Source: a virus. Taken from it: 64,000 bases of DNA. Location: IMG/VR virus record IMGVR_UViG_3300042894_002524, positions 25,828 through 89,827 of that record. One strand, written 5' to 3'. A program made the position numbers and the translations under genes. How positions within the stretch are numbered: position 1 is the first letter of the stretch; each line of letters opens with the position of its first letter. The notes beneath the pieces were generated by a model. That model searched no databases and had not been told where the DNA came from. It saw nothing but the letters and a program-made list of their open reading frames with translations. Of the stretch, positions 1 to 10,473 are shown in pieces.

Positions 1-814
1 CTCTGCGCTGAATGATATCCATCTCAACCGCAATATCAACAAGCTCCCGGTCAGTATCAATCTTGCCCTCTTGAGGGAGAACATAGTAATAACCTTGAGC
101 GCCGATAGTAGGAATCTGCTTTGTCTTTTCAATTGTCCAGACAGCCCTTTGTGAAGTGATGGTGTGAGTATTATCACGCTCCATCTCCTTCTGTGACATT
201 GAAAGGAACAGTTTTACAACATTGTGCATGTTGTGGTGGACAGTATTGCCCATCTTTGCTTTTGTTACAGCAAACATTCCGCTAAGGTCAACGGTCTGGT
301 GAGCTACGAATAGCATAATGTTCCGTTCTTTGTGGAGGTAATTAACAAGCTTCTGGAGAAGGTAGCCCTGCGAACGGGATTGAAGCCCCATTGCTTTACC
401 ACCTTCTGGCTTGTCATAAAACTCTTCTTTGATGATGTTTGATAGAGAGTCAAACAGGAAGATGTGTTTCTCAACATCGTTATTCAAATAGCCGATGAGA
501 GCCTTCATAATCTCTTCTACAATTGTTGATTGAATTACAACAACATCATCAATATTGATACCGCACTTGGCAGCATATTGATCATTGTAAGAATACTCCG
601 AGTCAATAATGACTGGTCGGTATCCTCGTCTTTGAGCTTCCGCAAGAATCCGGAAACACATTGTTGTTTTACCAACTGATGGTGTTCCCCAGAACAAATG
701 GGTTGCCCCTGAGTTAAGCCCTCCCCCAAGCGCACGATTCAAACCGATACTTGGTGTTGGAATAACCTCATGAATAGGCATATGGTCGCCTTTTCTTTTA
801 TCTACTACTAGCAT
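1..814 (-). CDS. recA: RecA/UvsX-like recombinase (3' end runs off the window; absent from ORF track)
   Basis: Manual translation from ATG 814 (SD AAGGAG upstream): ...IPTPSIGLNRALGGGLNSG...WGTPSVGKTT (Walker A)...IIDSE...FLFDSL (Walker B); open to window edge. Confidence 0.9.
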   Translation of the reverse strand, partial: MLVVDKRKGDHMPIHEVIPTPSIGLNRALGGGLNSGATHLFWGTPSVGKTTMCFRILAEAQRRGYRPVIIDSEYSYNDQYAAKCGINIDDVVVIQSTIVEEIMKALIGYLNNDVEKHIFLFDSLSNIIKEEFYDKPEGGKAMGLQSRSQGYLLQKLVNYLHKERNIMLFVAHQTVDLSGMFAVTKAKMGNTVHHNMHNVVKLFLSMSQKEMERDNTHTITSQRAVWTIEKTKQIPTIGAQGYYYVLPQEGKIDTDRELVDIAVEMDIIQRR

Positions 815-840
815 TTTTCTCCTTATTTAATTAAAAGTTT

Positions 841-1893
841 TTAGTTGAAAGTTTTTGTGCCAAGTCTTTTAACCACAGACTTAAGAAATGCATCGCATCT
901 CGTTTGCCAATTATACCTGTCATAAACAGATGGCGCTTGATTGAAATAATAATTTACTTCATCATCAAAATTATCCACCACTCTTCTCATCAAATAAATT
1001 AAAGAATCAATTTCAGGAAGGACAACATCTCCACAGGTGTACCCAGTATTCTGAGTCTTGCCTAATTTAGCATCTATAATATTTCTACCCAAGAGATCTT
1101 TATACGAGCACCATAAGCCTGTTGAAATAACTGGCATTCCGGTAGCAAGGGCTTGTAGGGGGATGAACCCAAAGCCTTCACCCTCGCTAGGGTAAATCAA
1201 AACATCATGATCATGGTAAAGCTTAATTAAATCTTCTTGAGATAGAGTTTCGTGAATATAAGTAATATTGTCATGGCGAGGTACCAACATTGACGATATG
1301 CCAAACCCTTCTGTATTCTCATTACCGTGATACTTCAAGGTTAAAGAAACATCATGCCTGCCCTGAAACGCTTTAGAGAAGGCAGCCTGTGCCATATCAG
1401 CCCTCTTCCGAGGACTTGCTGAGTCAATGTGCAGGAACTTTATCTTTCTGTTTCCACCTCTTCTATGAGGCTTCCACATTTCATCAATTCCCATTTCAAA
1501 AACATATGTTGGAGTTGTAATTCCGGAATTAATAACAGCATCTTGTGCAAAATAATTGCCAACCCATATCTCATCCACACAATTCATTGCATCAATCCAA
1601 TGGTCCCATACTTTTGTAGCCTCCAAATGCGTTCCTTGTATCTTGTATTGATTGTCATGAAATTTTATAAAATCAGGGCTACGCAAGTTCTGCATATTGT
1701 GATGGTTGTACCGTTCAGGCTCCATATAAAACAACTGAGCATTTGCTTCACTTGAATTATCAAGGATTGTCATCTTTTCATTCCTATAAGTAAACTTAGA
1801 GAAATGTTCAATCATTTTGTAATAGCTATACGAATAACCGGACTTGCCGTTCGCATCCTTAACAAACTGGTCTGTGTGCAATGACAGCTTCAA
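841..1893 (-). CDS. GT-B (GT4-like) glycosyltransferase
   Basis: RKRAD and YPSEGEGFGFIPLQALATGMPVI motifs; likely start TTG 1893 after GGAAAGGA (ORF track extends to 1971). Confidence 0.9.
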   Translation of the reverse strand: MKLSLHTDQFVKDANGKSGYSYSYYKMIEHFSKFTYRNEKMTILDNSSEANAQLFYMEPERYNHHNMQNLRSPDFIKFHDNQYKIQGTHLEATKVWDHWIDAMNCVDEIWVGNYFAQDAVINSGITTPTYVFEMGIDEMWKPHRRGGNRKIKFLHIDSASPRKRADMAQAAFSKAFQGRHDVSLTLKYHGNENTEGFGISSMLVPRHDNITYIHETLSQEDLIKLYHDHDVLIYPSEGEGFGFIPLQALATGMPVISTGLWCSYKDLLGRNIIDAKLGKTQNTGYTCGDVVLPEIDSLIYLMRRVVDNFDDEVNYYFNQAPSVYDRYNWQTRCDAFLKSVVKRLGTKTFN

Positions 1894-1894
1894 A

Positions 1895-2386
1895 TTATTT
1901 CCTTTCCAGAATAGCCAGTTTCCTTTTACCATGAGGAATGAAACCTTCTGTTTGCATATCACAAAATTCAAAATTAATCATCGTTGTAACCCTCTTCTCT
2001 GTGGTATCCAGTATTTTATTGAATTGCAAAACGCTAGGCTCATGAGTAACTGAATGCTCAATAATTGCGACTTTTGATTGCTCAACAAGTGAAGAGAAAC
2101 AATTCCACTCACCGTCATCTCCTTCGATTTCAAGACCTAGAGCCATCACTCCACACTCTGAGATATCAAAGAATTCACCTTGCTTGTTACACCACTCTTT
2201 GACTGTGCCATGAAAAGATTCTGGCATTGAACCGAGAGGATCAATTTGTACAACTCTTTTTACATTAATCAAGCTTTGCTTGTACGCCCCTACATCGATA
2301 ACAGTATCAACATCACCAAAATAGTATTCGCAAATATGATGACGAATCATGTACTCCTTGGAGATGAGGTATTCCCATCTATCCAT
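1895..2386 (-). CDS. SAM-dependent methyltransferase-like protein
   Basis: VIDVGA motif I followed by QIDP; start overlaps the upstream stop (TAATG). Confidence 0.55.
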   Translation of the reverse strand: MDRWEYLISKEYMIRHHICEYYFGDVDTVIDVGAYKQSLINVKRVVQIDPLGSMPESFHGTVKEWCNKQGEFFDISECGVMALGLEIEGDDGEWNCFSSLVEQSKVAIIEHSVTHEPSVLQFNKILDTTEKRVTTMINFEFCDMQTEGFIPHGKRKLAILERK

Positions 2387-2985
2387 TAGCGACCAACCTT
2401 TGGCATAATGACAGCAGTTCCGCAACCGACAGGGAAGTTGAGCATGTCATGTCCATACTTCGTTGACCAATCCACAGCAGCACGATAAGATCCGATGTCT
2501 GGATGATCATCATCAGAAGAATTCTTTGTGTCATGAACAGTAATAGCCCATACCTCATGTTTGTTCATCTTTGAACCATAATTCTCTAGGTCTTTATAAA
2601 CCTGCTCATATGTGTGGTCTGCATCAACATGCAGGTAGTCAATTGAATCAAACAATTGATGGCAGTTATCTGTCTTATCAACAATAAGATTAATTTCTGG
2701 GTAACCAATAATCCCTTCAGCGGTGTATATTGGTAAACCCCAAGGTCCAATGTTTGCATCAATCAAGTTGACATTATATTGACCAAGTAGACCTTCTTTA
2801 ATTAAAGACTTTTGTGATTCAACAGCCAACTTTGGTACAAAACCAGCACCGGAACCCAAGCAAACAATGCTACTCGCCCTCAAAGAATAAGGAAGTGCAT
2901 AGTAAAAAATCCCCATTCCAGCATGATTCCCCACTGTGCCATGAGATTCAGACCACTTGGAATTCTTAATAATATCATCAAACAT
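2386..2985 (-). CDS. Class I SAM-dependent methyltransferase (Methyltransf_24-like)
   Basis: VCLGSGAG, IDYLHVDADHTYE and VHDT motifs. Confidence 0.85.
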   Translation of the reverse strand: MFDDIIKNSKWSESHGTVGNHAGMGIFYYALPYSLRASSIVCLGSGAGFVPKLAVESQKSLIKEGLLGQYNVNLIDANIGPWGLPIYTAEGIIGYPEINLIVDKTDNCHQLFDSIDYLHVDADHTYEQVYKDLENYGSKMNKHEVWAITVHDTKNSSDDDHPDIGSYRAAVDWSTKYGHDMLNFPVGCGTAVIMPKVGR

Positions 2986-5900
2986 AGCTTTCCCTCTTTA
3001 TTCCTTTTCTTTCGATATAATTCTCAATAGAGATAATACCACTGTCACTCTCAACCTTGTAAGAGTCAAGTCGTGTCAGTGTCTTTTGGTCTTCAATCTT
3101 TTCCAACCTCGCTGCAAACCATGTCTTGGTCTGAAGAATACCTTTAATCTTCTTTAGCGTGTTCGGGAACACCACGACCTTGAAAATCTTCTCCCCATCC
3201 CAGCAGTAGAGGTTCGCCATTTCCTTCTCGGTGGATGTAATGAATTTGCGCATATGGAAGATATACATCAGCGTCTTTTCCTGCTCAGCAGTTCCAAGAC
3301 CCGTCTTATGCAACCAGCCGTAATCGTGGTCATGTCCCTTTGCCCGTAGCATCATGAAGTTATACAAGCTTGAATCGTAATACTCATATGCATCACAGAA
3401 GTCGTGCAATGTTCTATCCCCGATAAGAGCATAAATATAGTCCCGTGTGGCAAGTTCGGTATTACGCTCAGCAAACACCGTAGACGAGCCAGAATGGTCT
3501 TCAAACTCAATACGGAGGTACTGAGGCGTTTTCTTTGTAGAACGCACCACAGCCTTCACCAGCGTCAATGGAGAGGTGATTTCGTGGAAGTCTGCAAGCT
3601 TCCCGACAAACTCATCCATTTCATTCTGTTCACCATTAGTGTTAAGTGAGAAACCCAATACAGGAAGATAATACTTCTCGTGATCGTAAGCCGAGACATG
3701 ACCCAAAGATTTAAATGCCCCTACCTTCTCTAGATTTTCTCTTACAGTTACCTTCACCGCAGACTTTCTGCATTTGTTAGTAAACTCCTCATACGAATCA
3801 AATGGTCGCTTTTCAAAAATCTCCTTGATAGCTGAGTTACCACATCCGGCAACATTAGACAATCCGAACTGAATTGACTCCTCCTCGCCCTTGATGCTTA
3901 CCGAAAAATATTCATCCGAGTGATTCACATCAGGTGCTAGTATCTTTACGCCCACCCTTTGCGCTTCCATCAAATAAGCCGTAATCTTGTCACCTGCTGA
4001 TTCATTAAATAGAAGTGACCAAATGAATTCAATTGGGTAATGAATCTTCAACCACATGGTCTGATAAGAAAGCATGGAGTAAGCAACAGCGTGAGACTTG
4101 TTAAACATATACAAGGCTGCTAGTTCAAATTCCGCCCAGATTTTCTCAGCTGCTGCTTTCTTAATATATTTATTGTTAACAAACTTTTCTTTGTACTCAT
4201 CAAATCCAGCAGCATCTCTCTTCTTACCAATGATCTTACGAAGCTTGTCAGCCTCTGACCATGTGAAGTCAGCAAGGAGTACAGCCATTTGCATTAACTG
4301 TTCCTGAAAGATAACCGTTCCGTATGTTTCCTCAAGGATATCTTTAACAATAGGGTGTGGATACTTTGGAGCATTTATCCCCTTCTTACAGTCAATATAA
4401 ACCTGACCCTGCGATAACAAGGCTCCCGGTCTTACAAGTGCGTTAGATACAACAAGGTCATTGAAGTTATCAATACCCATTCTTTCAATCAAGTTACGAT
4501 AAGCAGCAGCATCTGTTTGGAAGATACCTACTGTATTTCCATCATTGAAGTTCTTAAATACTTCTGGGTCATCTAATTCTAATGAAAGCTGACTAACATC
4601 AATGCCCCGATTTTCTTTAATCTTTGCGATGCAATCTTTAATAACAGAAACGGTCTTTAGACCGAGAACATCGATTTTAATCAGACCAACTGCCTCTGCA
4701 TCTTCCATGTCAAAAGCAGTAACAATAGAACGACCTTCTCCACTTGTATCTTTCTTTGTCTCAACAGGGCAAACATCGCTTAGAGGGATTGATGAAACAA
4801 CCATGCCAGCAGCATGGATTCCTGAGTTACGAATACGACCCTCAAGTTTCTTTGCAAGCTTAATGATATCTGGGTACTTACTACAGAAGATCTTGCCTTT
4901 AGGTGATGTTTCAAGTTCCTGCAATGTTTCAAAGTATGGAGTGATGTTGTTAATCTCAGCAAATGGAACTTGATAGACACGAGAGATATCTTTAATTACA
5001 GACTTAGGTTTGAATCCACCATATGTTGAAATAGCAGCAACATTGTCATGACCCCATCTATCACGGAGGTAGTTTCGTACTTCCCCTCTGCGCTTGTCCT
5101 CAAAGTCCAAGTCAATGTCCGGATAGTCATTTCGTTCTGGATTAATGAATCGTGAGAAGAGGAGTCCATATTTCAATGGGTCAACCTTTGAGATATCAAG
5201 AAGATAAGCAAGCACAGAACCACCAACAGAACCTCGCCCTGTACCACGACCAATATCGTTCTCATCAGCCCACTTAACCAAATCCCATACAATCAAGAAA
5301 TAATCAGAGAAGCCAAGTTGTTCAATGATTCCAAGTTCTTCATTAAGTCTTTCCTGATACTCAGCACCAAGCTTGTTTGTCTGAATTGCAAACTCAGCAA
5401 TCTCTCTCAGATAGAAGTTTGAATCAAGAACCTTGGAATACTTTGGGAGAAGGTTTCTCTTAGTCGCAATTGTCGCTGTGCATTTATCAGCGACTTCCAT
5501 TGTGTTCTCAAGGTATTCAATATTATCGTAACCAGCATCCTTGAACCATGACTGAACAACATCAGCTTTAGCAATGTATGGATTGATGTGGTCAAACCGC
5601 AAGAAGCGTTCTGGGTACATAGCGTTCATCTTGTCAATGACACTTGCGTTCTCATCATGGATGACATGAAGATTCTGCTGAGCAACACGAATATCACCCG
5701 CATTTAAACTTGGGTATTGAGAAACCATTAGGAGAACTTCTTCTGGTCCACGGTCATCGTGTGTAGGGAAGTGGCAATCAGCAGTTGCTACAACTTTTTT
5801 ACCATAGGTACTAGCAAGATTGATAAGTGAGTCGTTTAGGTTCTTTGGATTCCAAGCCTGTACTTCGTAATAGAAGTCATCCTTGAAGATCTTGATAAAC

Positions 5901-6379
5901 CGTTCAGATAATTCTTCTGCTCGTGAATAGTTGCCAGCCTCAATAGCTTTTGAAATTGGACCGCCCATGCAACCGGACAATGCAATGATGTCATCATCAA
6001 CCATGTCTTCAAGAAGATTGAAATCAATACGAGGCTTGTAGTAGAAGTTATCTGTCCAACCAGTTTGTGAGATTCTAAAAAGCTTTTGAAGACCAGTGTT
6101 GTTCTTCGCAAGAAGAATCAAATGAAATCTCTCATACTTTGTCTGAGCATCTGTGTTGATAGACGGAACAAAATAAGCTTCAACACCAAAGATTGGTTTT
6201 ACGCTCTGCTTATTGCAAGCATCTTGAAACTTCAAGACACCGCCCATCGTGCCGTGGTCAGTAATTGCAGCAGCATATTGACCATTCGTGCTAGAGATTT
6301 TTGCAATCTCTGTGGGGGTTGACATTCCATCAAGGAGTGAGTACTCGGAATGACAGTGTAAGTGTACGAAATCAGTCAC
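2978..6379 (-). CDS. dnaE: DNA polymerase III alpha subunit
   Basis: PHP motif HLHCHSEYSLLDG, GRGSVGGS, catalytic PDIDLD, KIDVLGL, FNKSHA. Confidence 0.98.
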   Translation of the reverse strand: MTDFVHLHCHSEYSLLDGMSTPTEIAKISSTNGQYAAAITDHGTMGGVLKFQDACNKQSVKPIFGVEAYFVPSINTDAQTKYERFHLILLAKNNTGLQKLFRISQTGWTDNFYYKPRIDFNLLEDMVDDDIIALSGCMGGPISKAIEAGNYSRAEELSERFIKIFKDDFYYEVQAWNPKNLNDSLINLASTYGKKVVATADCHFPTHDDRGPEEVLLMVSQYPSLNAGDIRVAQQNLHVIHDENASVIDKMNAMYPERFLRFDHINPYIAKADVVQSWFKDAGYDNIEYLENTMEVADKCTATIATKRNLLPKYSKVLDSNFYLREIAEFAIQTNKLGAEYQERLNEELGIIEQLGFSDYFLIVWDLVKWADENDIGRGTGRGSVGGSVLAYLLDISKVDPLKYGLLFSRFINPERNDYPDIDLDFEDKRRGEVRNYLRDRWGHDNVAAISTYGGFKPKSVIKDISRVYQVPFAEINNITPYFETLQELETSPKGKIFCSKYPDIIKLAKKLEGRIRNSGIHAAGMVVSSIPLSDVCPVETKKDTSGEGRSIVTAFDMEDAEAVGLIKIDVLGLKTVSVIKDCIAKIKENRGIDVSQLSLELDDPEVFKNFNDGNTVGIFQTDAAAYRNLIERMGIDNFNDLVVSNALVRPGALLSQGQVYIDCKKGINAPKYPHPIVKDILEETYGTVIFQEQLMQMAVLLADFTWSEADKLRKIIGKKRDAAGFDEYKEKFVNNKYIKKAAAEKIWAEFELAALYMFNKSHAVAYSMLSYQTMWLKIHYPIEFIWSLLFNESAGDKITAYLMEAQRVGVKILAPDVNHSDEYFSVSIKGEEESIQFGLSNVAGCGNSAIKEIFEKRPFDSYEEFTNKCRKSAVKVTVRENLEKVGAFKSLGHVSAYDHEKYYLPVLGFSLNTNGEQNEMDEFVGKLADFHEITSPLTLVKAVVRSTKKTPQYLRIEFEDHSGSSTVFAERNTELATRDYIYALIGDRTLHDFCDAYEYYDSSLYNFMMLRAKGHDHDYGWLHKTGLGTAEQEKTLMYIFHMRKFITSTEKEMANLYCWDGEKIFKVVVFPNTLKKIKGILQTKTWFAARLEKIEDQKTLTRLDSYKVESDSGIISIENYIERKGIKRESYV

Positions 6380-6910
6380 TTAGTTCCAATCTATATCGTA
6401 TAAGGTTTCTATGGTCGGTAAGGTTTCCCAGTATGGCTCATTGTACCACTGCTTTCTGAGAAAAGCGTTCACTCCGTTATCAATTAAAATTTGAACTTCG
6501 TTGGGATTATCCTCAACAACAAATTGTGGATTGATATCTTTGATTACTTTGTATTTTTCATGGATTCCTGTGAACACAGGTTCAAGCGTTGCAATCCTCC
6601 ATCCATCAAGCCAAGGAGATGTGTTCTTGATTGCAGCATCACATCTTCTTGCAGTAACAATATGGACATCGATTCCATCACTAAACCACTTATTAACTTG
6701 ATGCCAAGCATCTTCATACGGCTTTAAGTTCTTCCAGAACATAGGATCATTAAATAGCTTCATTGCTTCTTCATCATCATGATCAGATGTTAACCAATGT
6801 GTATAGTCGTAACGCTCTTTTACACCAGTAAATGTAATATACTCATCAATTGACGAAGCAATATCAGCAATAACACCATCAAGGTCAAGAACAATATTTT
6901 TGTTTTTCAT
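6380..6910 (-). CDS. HAD-family 5'(3')-deoxyribonucleotidase-like phosphatase
   Basis: DLDGVIAD motif I, VTAR, VEDN. Confidence 0.85.
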   Translation of the reverse strand: MKNKNIVLDLDGVIADIASSIDEYITFTGVKERYDYTHWLTSDHDDEEAMKLFNDPMFWKNLKPYEDAWHQVNKWFSDGIDVHIVTARRCDAAIKNTSPWLDGWRIATLEPVFTGIHEKYKVIKDINPQFVVEDNPNEVQILIDNGVNAFLRKQWYNEPYWETLPTIETLYDIDWN

Positions 6911-6927
6911 TTATGCCTTCATACGAA

Positions 6928-6956
6928 TAAAGCCCCGCTTTGTAGGCGGGGCTTTA
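6928..6956. terminator. Intrinsic terminator-like hairpin after the SSB gene
   Basis: TAAAGCCCCGC-7 nt-GCGGGGCTTTA perfect 11-bp inverted repeat. Confidence 0.75.
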
Positions 6957-6973
6957 CCGTAGCAGTTAATTAA

Positions 6974-7624
6974 TCACCAAGAATCTTTGGCAATTTCTCC
7001 AGTAGTAAAGAACTTCTCTTGCTTATCATAAGAGAGAGTGAGGTACATGCTATCAAGCTGATGCATCGGCAATTCAGTAATTTCAGATGGCATCTCTCCT
7101 TGCGAAAGAGGAATCAAACTGTAGTTTGTATCTGATGCAGATGATCCTGTGCGTGAATACTTGTAGTAACGGTCAGTAATCGTTCCGAATTCCTTTGCAT
7201 ATTCAATAAGAATCATACCGATATGGCGCTGGTTGAATGTCGTATCTAGGACACGAGGCTCCCAAACTCCGGGTTCAATCTCAACAGCGATGTTGATAAG
7301 CAAATGGGGCTTTGGCTTCCAAGCCTTGTCATGGACAGCCTGTTCGGTTGCCCAACAACGATAGTTAAACTTCTCTAGTGAGGAAGTAGAAGCTGCTCGC
7401 CATTTCCAGTTAATAGGTGATGTTACAACAGGAACAGTGATTCCTGTACCAACCTCTTCATCAAAGAATGATGCATCTTCAGTAAGTTCCTGACGGAAAC
7501 GAATCTTAAATGAATCTCCTGATGAAAGGCTGAAATACTTCTTGATTCCAGTTCCTTGTTTGTTTTGTGTAGGTGTGACGCTCTTTTCGAGGTCTTGAAG
7601 TGATTTAATACTTGCAAATGTCAT
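6974..7624 (-). CDS. Single-stranded DNA-binding protein (phage gp32-like family)
   Basis: KYFSL...KIRFRQEL and YSRTGSSASDTNYSLIP pattern; located beside primase. Confidence 0.7.
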   Translation of the reverse strand: MTFASIKSLQDLEKSVTPTQNKQGTGIKKYFSLSSGDSFKIRFRQELTEDASFFDEEVGTGITVPVVTSPINWKWRAASTSSLEKFNYRCWATEQAVHDKAWKPKPHLLINIAVEIEPGVWEPRVLDTTFNQRHIGMILIEYAKEFGTITDRYYKYSRTGSSASDTNYSLIPLSQGEMPSEITELPMHQLDSMYLTLSYDKQEKFFTTGEIAKDSW

Positions 7625-7639
7625 GTTGTTTTCCTTTTG

Positions 7640-8533
7640 TTATATGATTGAAATTTTGTTTTCAATACTGTGTGTGATTTGTTCTTTTTTCATTTCGCCG
7701 GGGTCTTTACAACCATCAGCTATCTTTGCCTCGGAAAGAACTTTGCCTCGGCAGAGGTTTATTATATCATTCTTCATGGCGATTCCTGCGTCATCGTTGT
7801 CGGAAAATATAATTAATTCGTCAAAATACCTTTTGAGCATTTTTATTTGATTTTTGCTAACTTGAGCACCGAGTGTTGACACAACATTAGGGTAGCCAGC
7901 TTGGTGAACCATCATTGCGTCAACACTGCCTTCTGTAATTATACAACTAGGGTGTTTCTTTGCATTCTGAATATTGAATAACACATCAGCTCGCTTGAAT
8001 CCTTTATTGTATAAGTATCTAGGCTCTTGTTCATCAGTCGTTGCTCTCCCAATAAAACCAACCAGCTTGTAGTTGGGGTCTCTTACTGGAATAACAATTC
8101 TCTCCTTAACTCTGGAGAAGCCAATCTCAAAATGGTCCATCGTGTCAAGGGATAAACCTCTATCAAGGAACTTAGACAGTAACATTGTTTCATCGTTGTT
8201 GTCATAATCAACAGCGACAGAATCAATATCAATCTCATTTGAGATAACCTTGCCCCGGAATCCTCTTTCAATTTCATTAGTCAGAGCAGCCGAGTCAAGA
8301 GTTATGCTCTTGCCGTATGGCTTGCCTGTTATCTGACGATAAAGCTGTCTAAAGTTTCCTCGCTTAGCGCAAGAGGGGTTGAAACACTGCCACAGCCCAG
8401 TTTTCCTGTTGATAAAGAAAGCTGGACTATGGAGGTTCTTGTGAAATGGACAGTAGATATTAAATTCATTACCACTATCTGAGGCTACATCAATGTTGTA
8501 ACTATCAAATAGCTTACGAATTTCATCTTCCAT
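7640..8533 (-). CDS. dnaG: DNA primase (Zn finger + TOPRIM)
   Basis: CPFH...WQCFNPSC zinc finger, GFIGRA, PRYLY, TEGSVD, DNDDAG, KDPGE; likely start MEDEIRK. Confidence 0.95.
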   Translation of the reverse strand: MEDEIRKLFDSYNIDVASDSGNEFNIYCPFHKNLHSPAFFINRKTGLWQCFNPSCAKRGNFRQLYRQITGKPYGKSITLDSAALTNEIERGFRGKVISNEIDIDSVAVDYDNNDETMLLSKFLDRGLSLDTMDHFEIGFSRVKERIVIPVRDPNYKLVGFIGRATTDEQEPRYLYNKGFKRADVLFNIQNAKKHPSCIITEGSVDAMMVHQAGYPNVVSTLGAQVSKNQIKMLKRYFDELIIFSDNDDAGIAMKNDIINLCRGKVLSEAKIADGCKDPGEMKKEQITHSIENKISII

Positions 8534-8534
8534 C

Positions 8535-8729
8535 TTACTTGTGAAAGAAGAGCTTGAACTTGAAAATGTCTGTCTTTGCATCATAATCTGTTACAAGATC
8601 ACTCTTTCTAAAGTCTCCGTATTTCTTACGACATTCATCCTCAATCCAAGGTCTTAGCCTAATGATTGTCTCAATGTCTTGAGCTTCCCCGTAGAGAACA
8701 TTCTTTTTCTTATTCTTTACAGATCCCAT
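8535..8729 (-). CDS. Hypothetical protein
   Basis: Small ORF packed between helicase and primase; likely start ATG 8729. Confidence 0.65.
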   Translation of the reverse strand: MGSVKNKKKNVLYGEAQDIETIIRLRPWIEDECRKKYGDFRKSDLVTDYDAKTDIFKFKLFFHK

Positions 8730-9934
8730 TCTTCTGCCCACTTTCCTGTGTCTAAATTCCAACGAAGGAGAAAACCAAAATGAGTTGACCGCCTTACCTT
8801 CCTTGATACCACTTGGAATAAGTCAGAGTTGTAATCACGATGGATTGCCAACACTAAGTCAGCATCATATGCCAACTGCTTACTCCAAGCGACTTCTTCT
8901 AATTCTGGTGGTCGCTCTGAGTGACCATCATTCATAGTTACTGCTGCCACATCAATGATTGGCACCCCGTTCTTAACAGCCATGCGTTTGAATGCCTTAG
9001 AAAGGTTCTTAGCCTTCTCTGTTTCATTCTTCGCACCGCTTGAGTCGTCAAATAGACCGTGATAGTCAAGGATTACAATGTCCGGTTGATACTGGTCAAT
9101 CTTTGCTTGCACCATGTTCTGGTCAGCTGTCTCCAGCCCCTCTGATGTAACAAGATGGATAGCATGCTTACCCGCAAAGGTTTCCTCTGCCCACTTCTCA
9201 TAACCATCAACAACATTAGGGTTAGCACGAACCAAGTCTGTGTTAGTAAAGTGACCTTCACCATTGTTCAATAGTGTGTCAAGACGCTGACCCTCTTGTT
9301 GTTTATTCATTTCAAGAGAGATGATCAGTGGTCTGTAGCCAGCTTTCCAAGCGTTAACCGCAAACAATCTAGCGATGAATGACTTACCAACACCTGTCCA
9401 ACCGAGAAGAACAATAAAGTCTCCGGGTTGCCAACCACCAAACGATTTATCAATTACACCAATACCACTAGGAATACCTTGTAGTTCTCCAGCACCCTTG
9501 ATTGACCGCTCCTTCAAGTCTTCGTATCTATCACGCCACTCGCCAGCAAGGTCTGTGTCTTTAAGATTACTTGCGTACTTGTAAAGCTTAGATGTGCTTT
9601 CCATTAAATACGAAAGTGATTCTTTCGGTCCAGAGTCATTAAGGATTGAATTAGCTTTGGAAACAATCACTCTTGTCTGATAAGACAGTGATTCCTTTTT
9701 AGCTTCCTCAAGATAATAGGATAATGGCTCTGGAGTAGCAAAGAATTCAAATTCTGGATGGTGCTGCTTTACAGTTTCTTTGGATGGTACTTTCTTGTGT
9801 TGGTCATAATGCGAAACAACAAAGTTCCATACATCACGATATTCAATAAACATATTCTCAACACCACCATTAACCGCAGATGCGAAATCTTTTGTGTCAA
9901 TAATGGAATTAAGAAGTCGAACTTCATAGTTCAT
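8717..9934 (-). CDS. dnaB: DnaB-like replicative helicase
   Basis: GIPSG, GWTGVGKS Walker A, ISLEM, ILDY, YDADLVL. Confidence 0.95.
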   Translation of the reverse strand: MNYEVRLLNSIIDTKDFASAVNGGVENMFIEYRDVWNFVVSHYDQHKKVPSKETVKQHHPEFEFFATPEPLSYYLEEAKKESLSYQTRVIVSKANSILNDSGPKESLSYLMESTSKLYKYASNLKDTDLAGEWRDRYEDLKERSIKGAGELQGIPSGIGVIDKSFGGWQPGDFIVLLGWTGVGKSFIARLFAVNAWKAGYRPLIISLEMNKQQEGQRLDTLLNNGEGHFTNTDLVRANPNVVDGYEKWAEETFAGKHAIHLVTSEGLETADQNMVQAKIDQYQPDIVILDYHGLFDDSSGAKNETEKAKNLSKAFKRMAVKNGVPIIDVAAVTMNDGHSERPPELEEVAWSKQLAYDADLVLAIHRDYNSDLFQVVSRKVRRSTHFGFLLRWNLDTGKWAEEWDL

Positions 9935-10232
9935 CAGATGCCAATCTGTCGTGGGTTTCTTTTACTAAGTTGCGGAAACGGTTTTTTGCTTCCTCTTCAA
10001 ACTTTACCTTATCAAACACTGTGCGTGATTCAATGGCAAAGTCAAAGATTAAAAATGGACCGTGATTTTTTTTAATATAATAGTTAACGGCTTTTTCAAG
10101 TATTTCACTATCATAATGTTTTGCCAAGGCATCCGCAACGGATTCTTGCCTTGGAGAGTCTGGTATAAAAAGCTTATGCGATTTCTCGCATGATTCTTTG
10201 AAGATCTCTATCAGTTCTTTTCCAGTTAACAT
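9924..10232 (-). CDS. Hypothetical protein (replication module)
   Basis: Overlaps both neighbours; no recognised motif. Confidence 0.7.
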   Translation of the reverse strand: MLTGKELIEIFKESCEKSHKLFIPDSPRQESVADALAKHYDSEILEKAVNYYIKKNHGPFLIFDFAIESRTVFDKVKFEEEAKNRFRNLVKETHDRLASDEL

Positions 10233-10473
10233 TGGATTCCTTTTTGGACTTCTTCCATGTCTTTAACAGAAACTCAAACTCTGAGATTCCACCATTGATA
10301 CCATAGAATTCATCCGATTCCCAAGCTGAAAGAAAGCACTCTCTACGAACCGAGCAACGAGAACAACCTTGTTTTGCATAAGCAATGTCGTCTTTATCAT
10401 AAGACCACCAAGTGTACTGTTTAGGATCGCTCGCACAGAGTGCATTTCTCTTCCAGTTACTTGCTAGTGCCAT
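10174..10473 (-). CDS. whiB: WhiB-family Fe-S transcription factor
   Basis: W..ALC...AKQGCSRCSVRREC...YGINGG four-Cys WhiB pattern; start MALASNW. Confidence 0.85.
   Translation of the reverse strand: MALASNWKRNALCASDPKQYTWWSYDKDDIAYAKQGCSRCSVRRECFLSAWESDEFYGINGGISEFEFLLKTWKKSKKESNVNWKRTDRDLQRIMREIA

Noticed and set aside
535-735. 66-aa minus-strand ORF in the track
   Set aside because: Alternate frame inside the RecA-like gene, which the track missed because it lacks a stop within the window.
2978-9934. Inteins or introns in DnaE, primase or helicase
   Set aside because: Lengths are ordinary and no splice-junction or LAGLIDADG motifs were seen.
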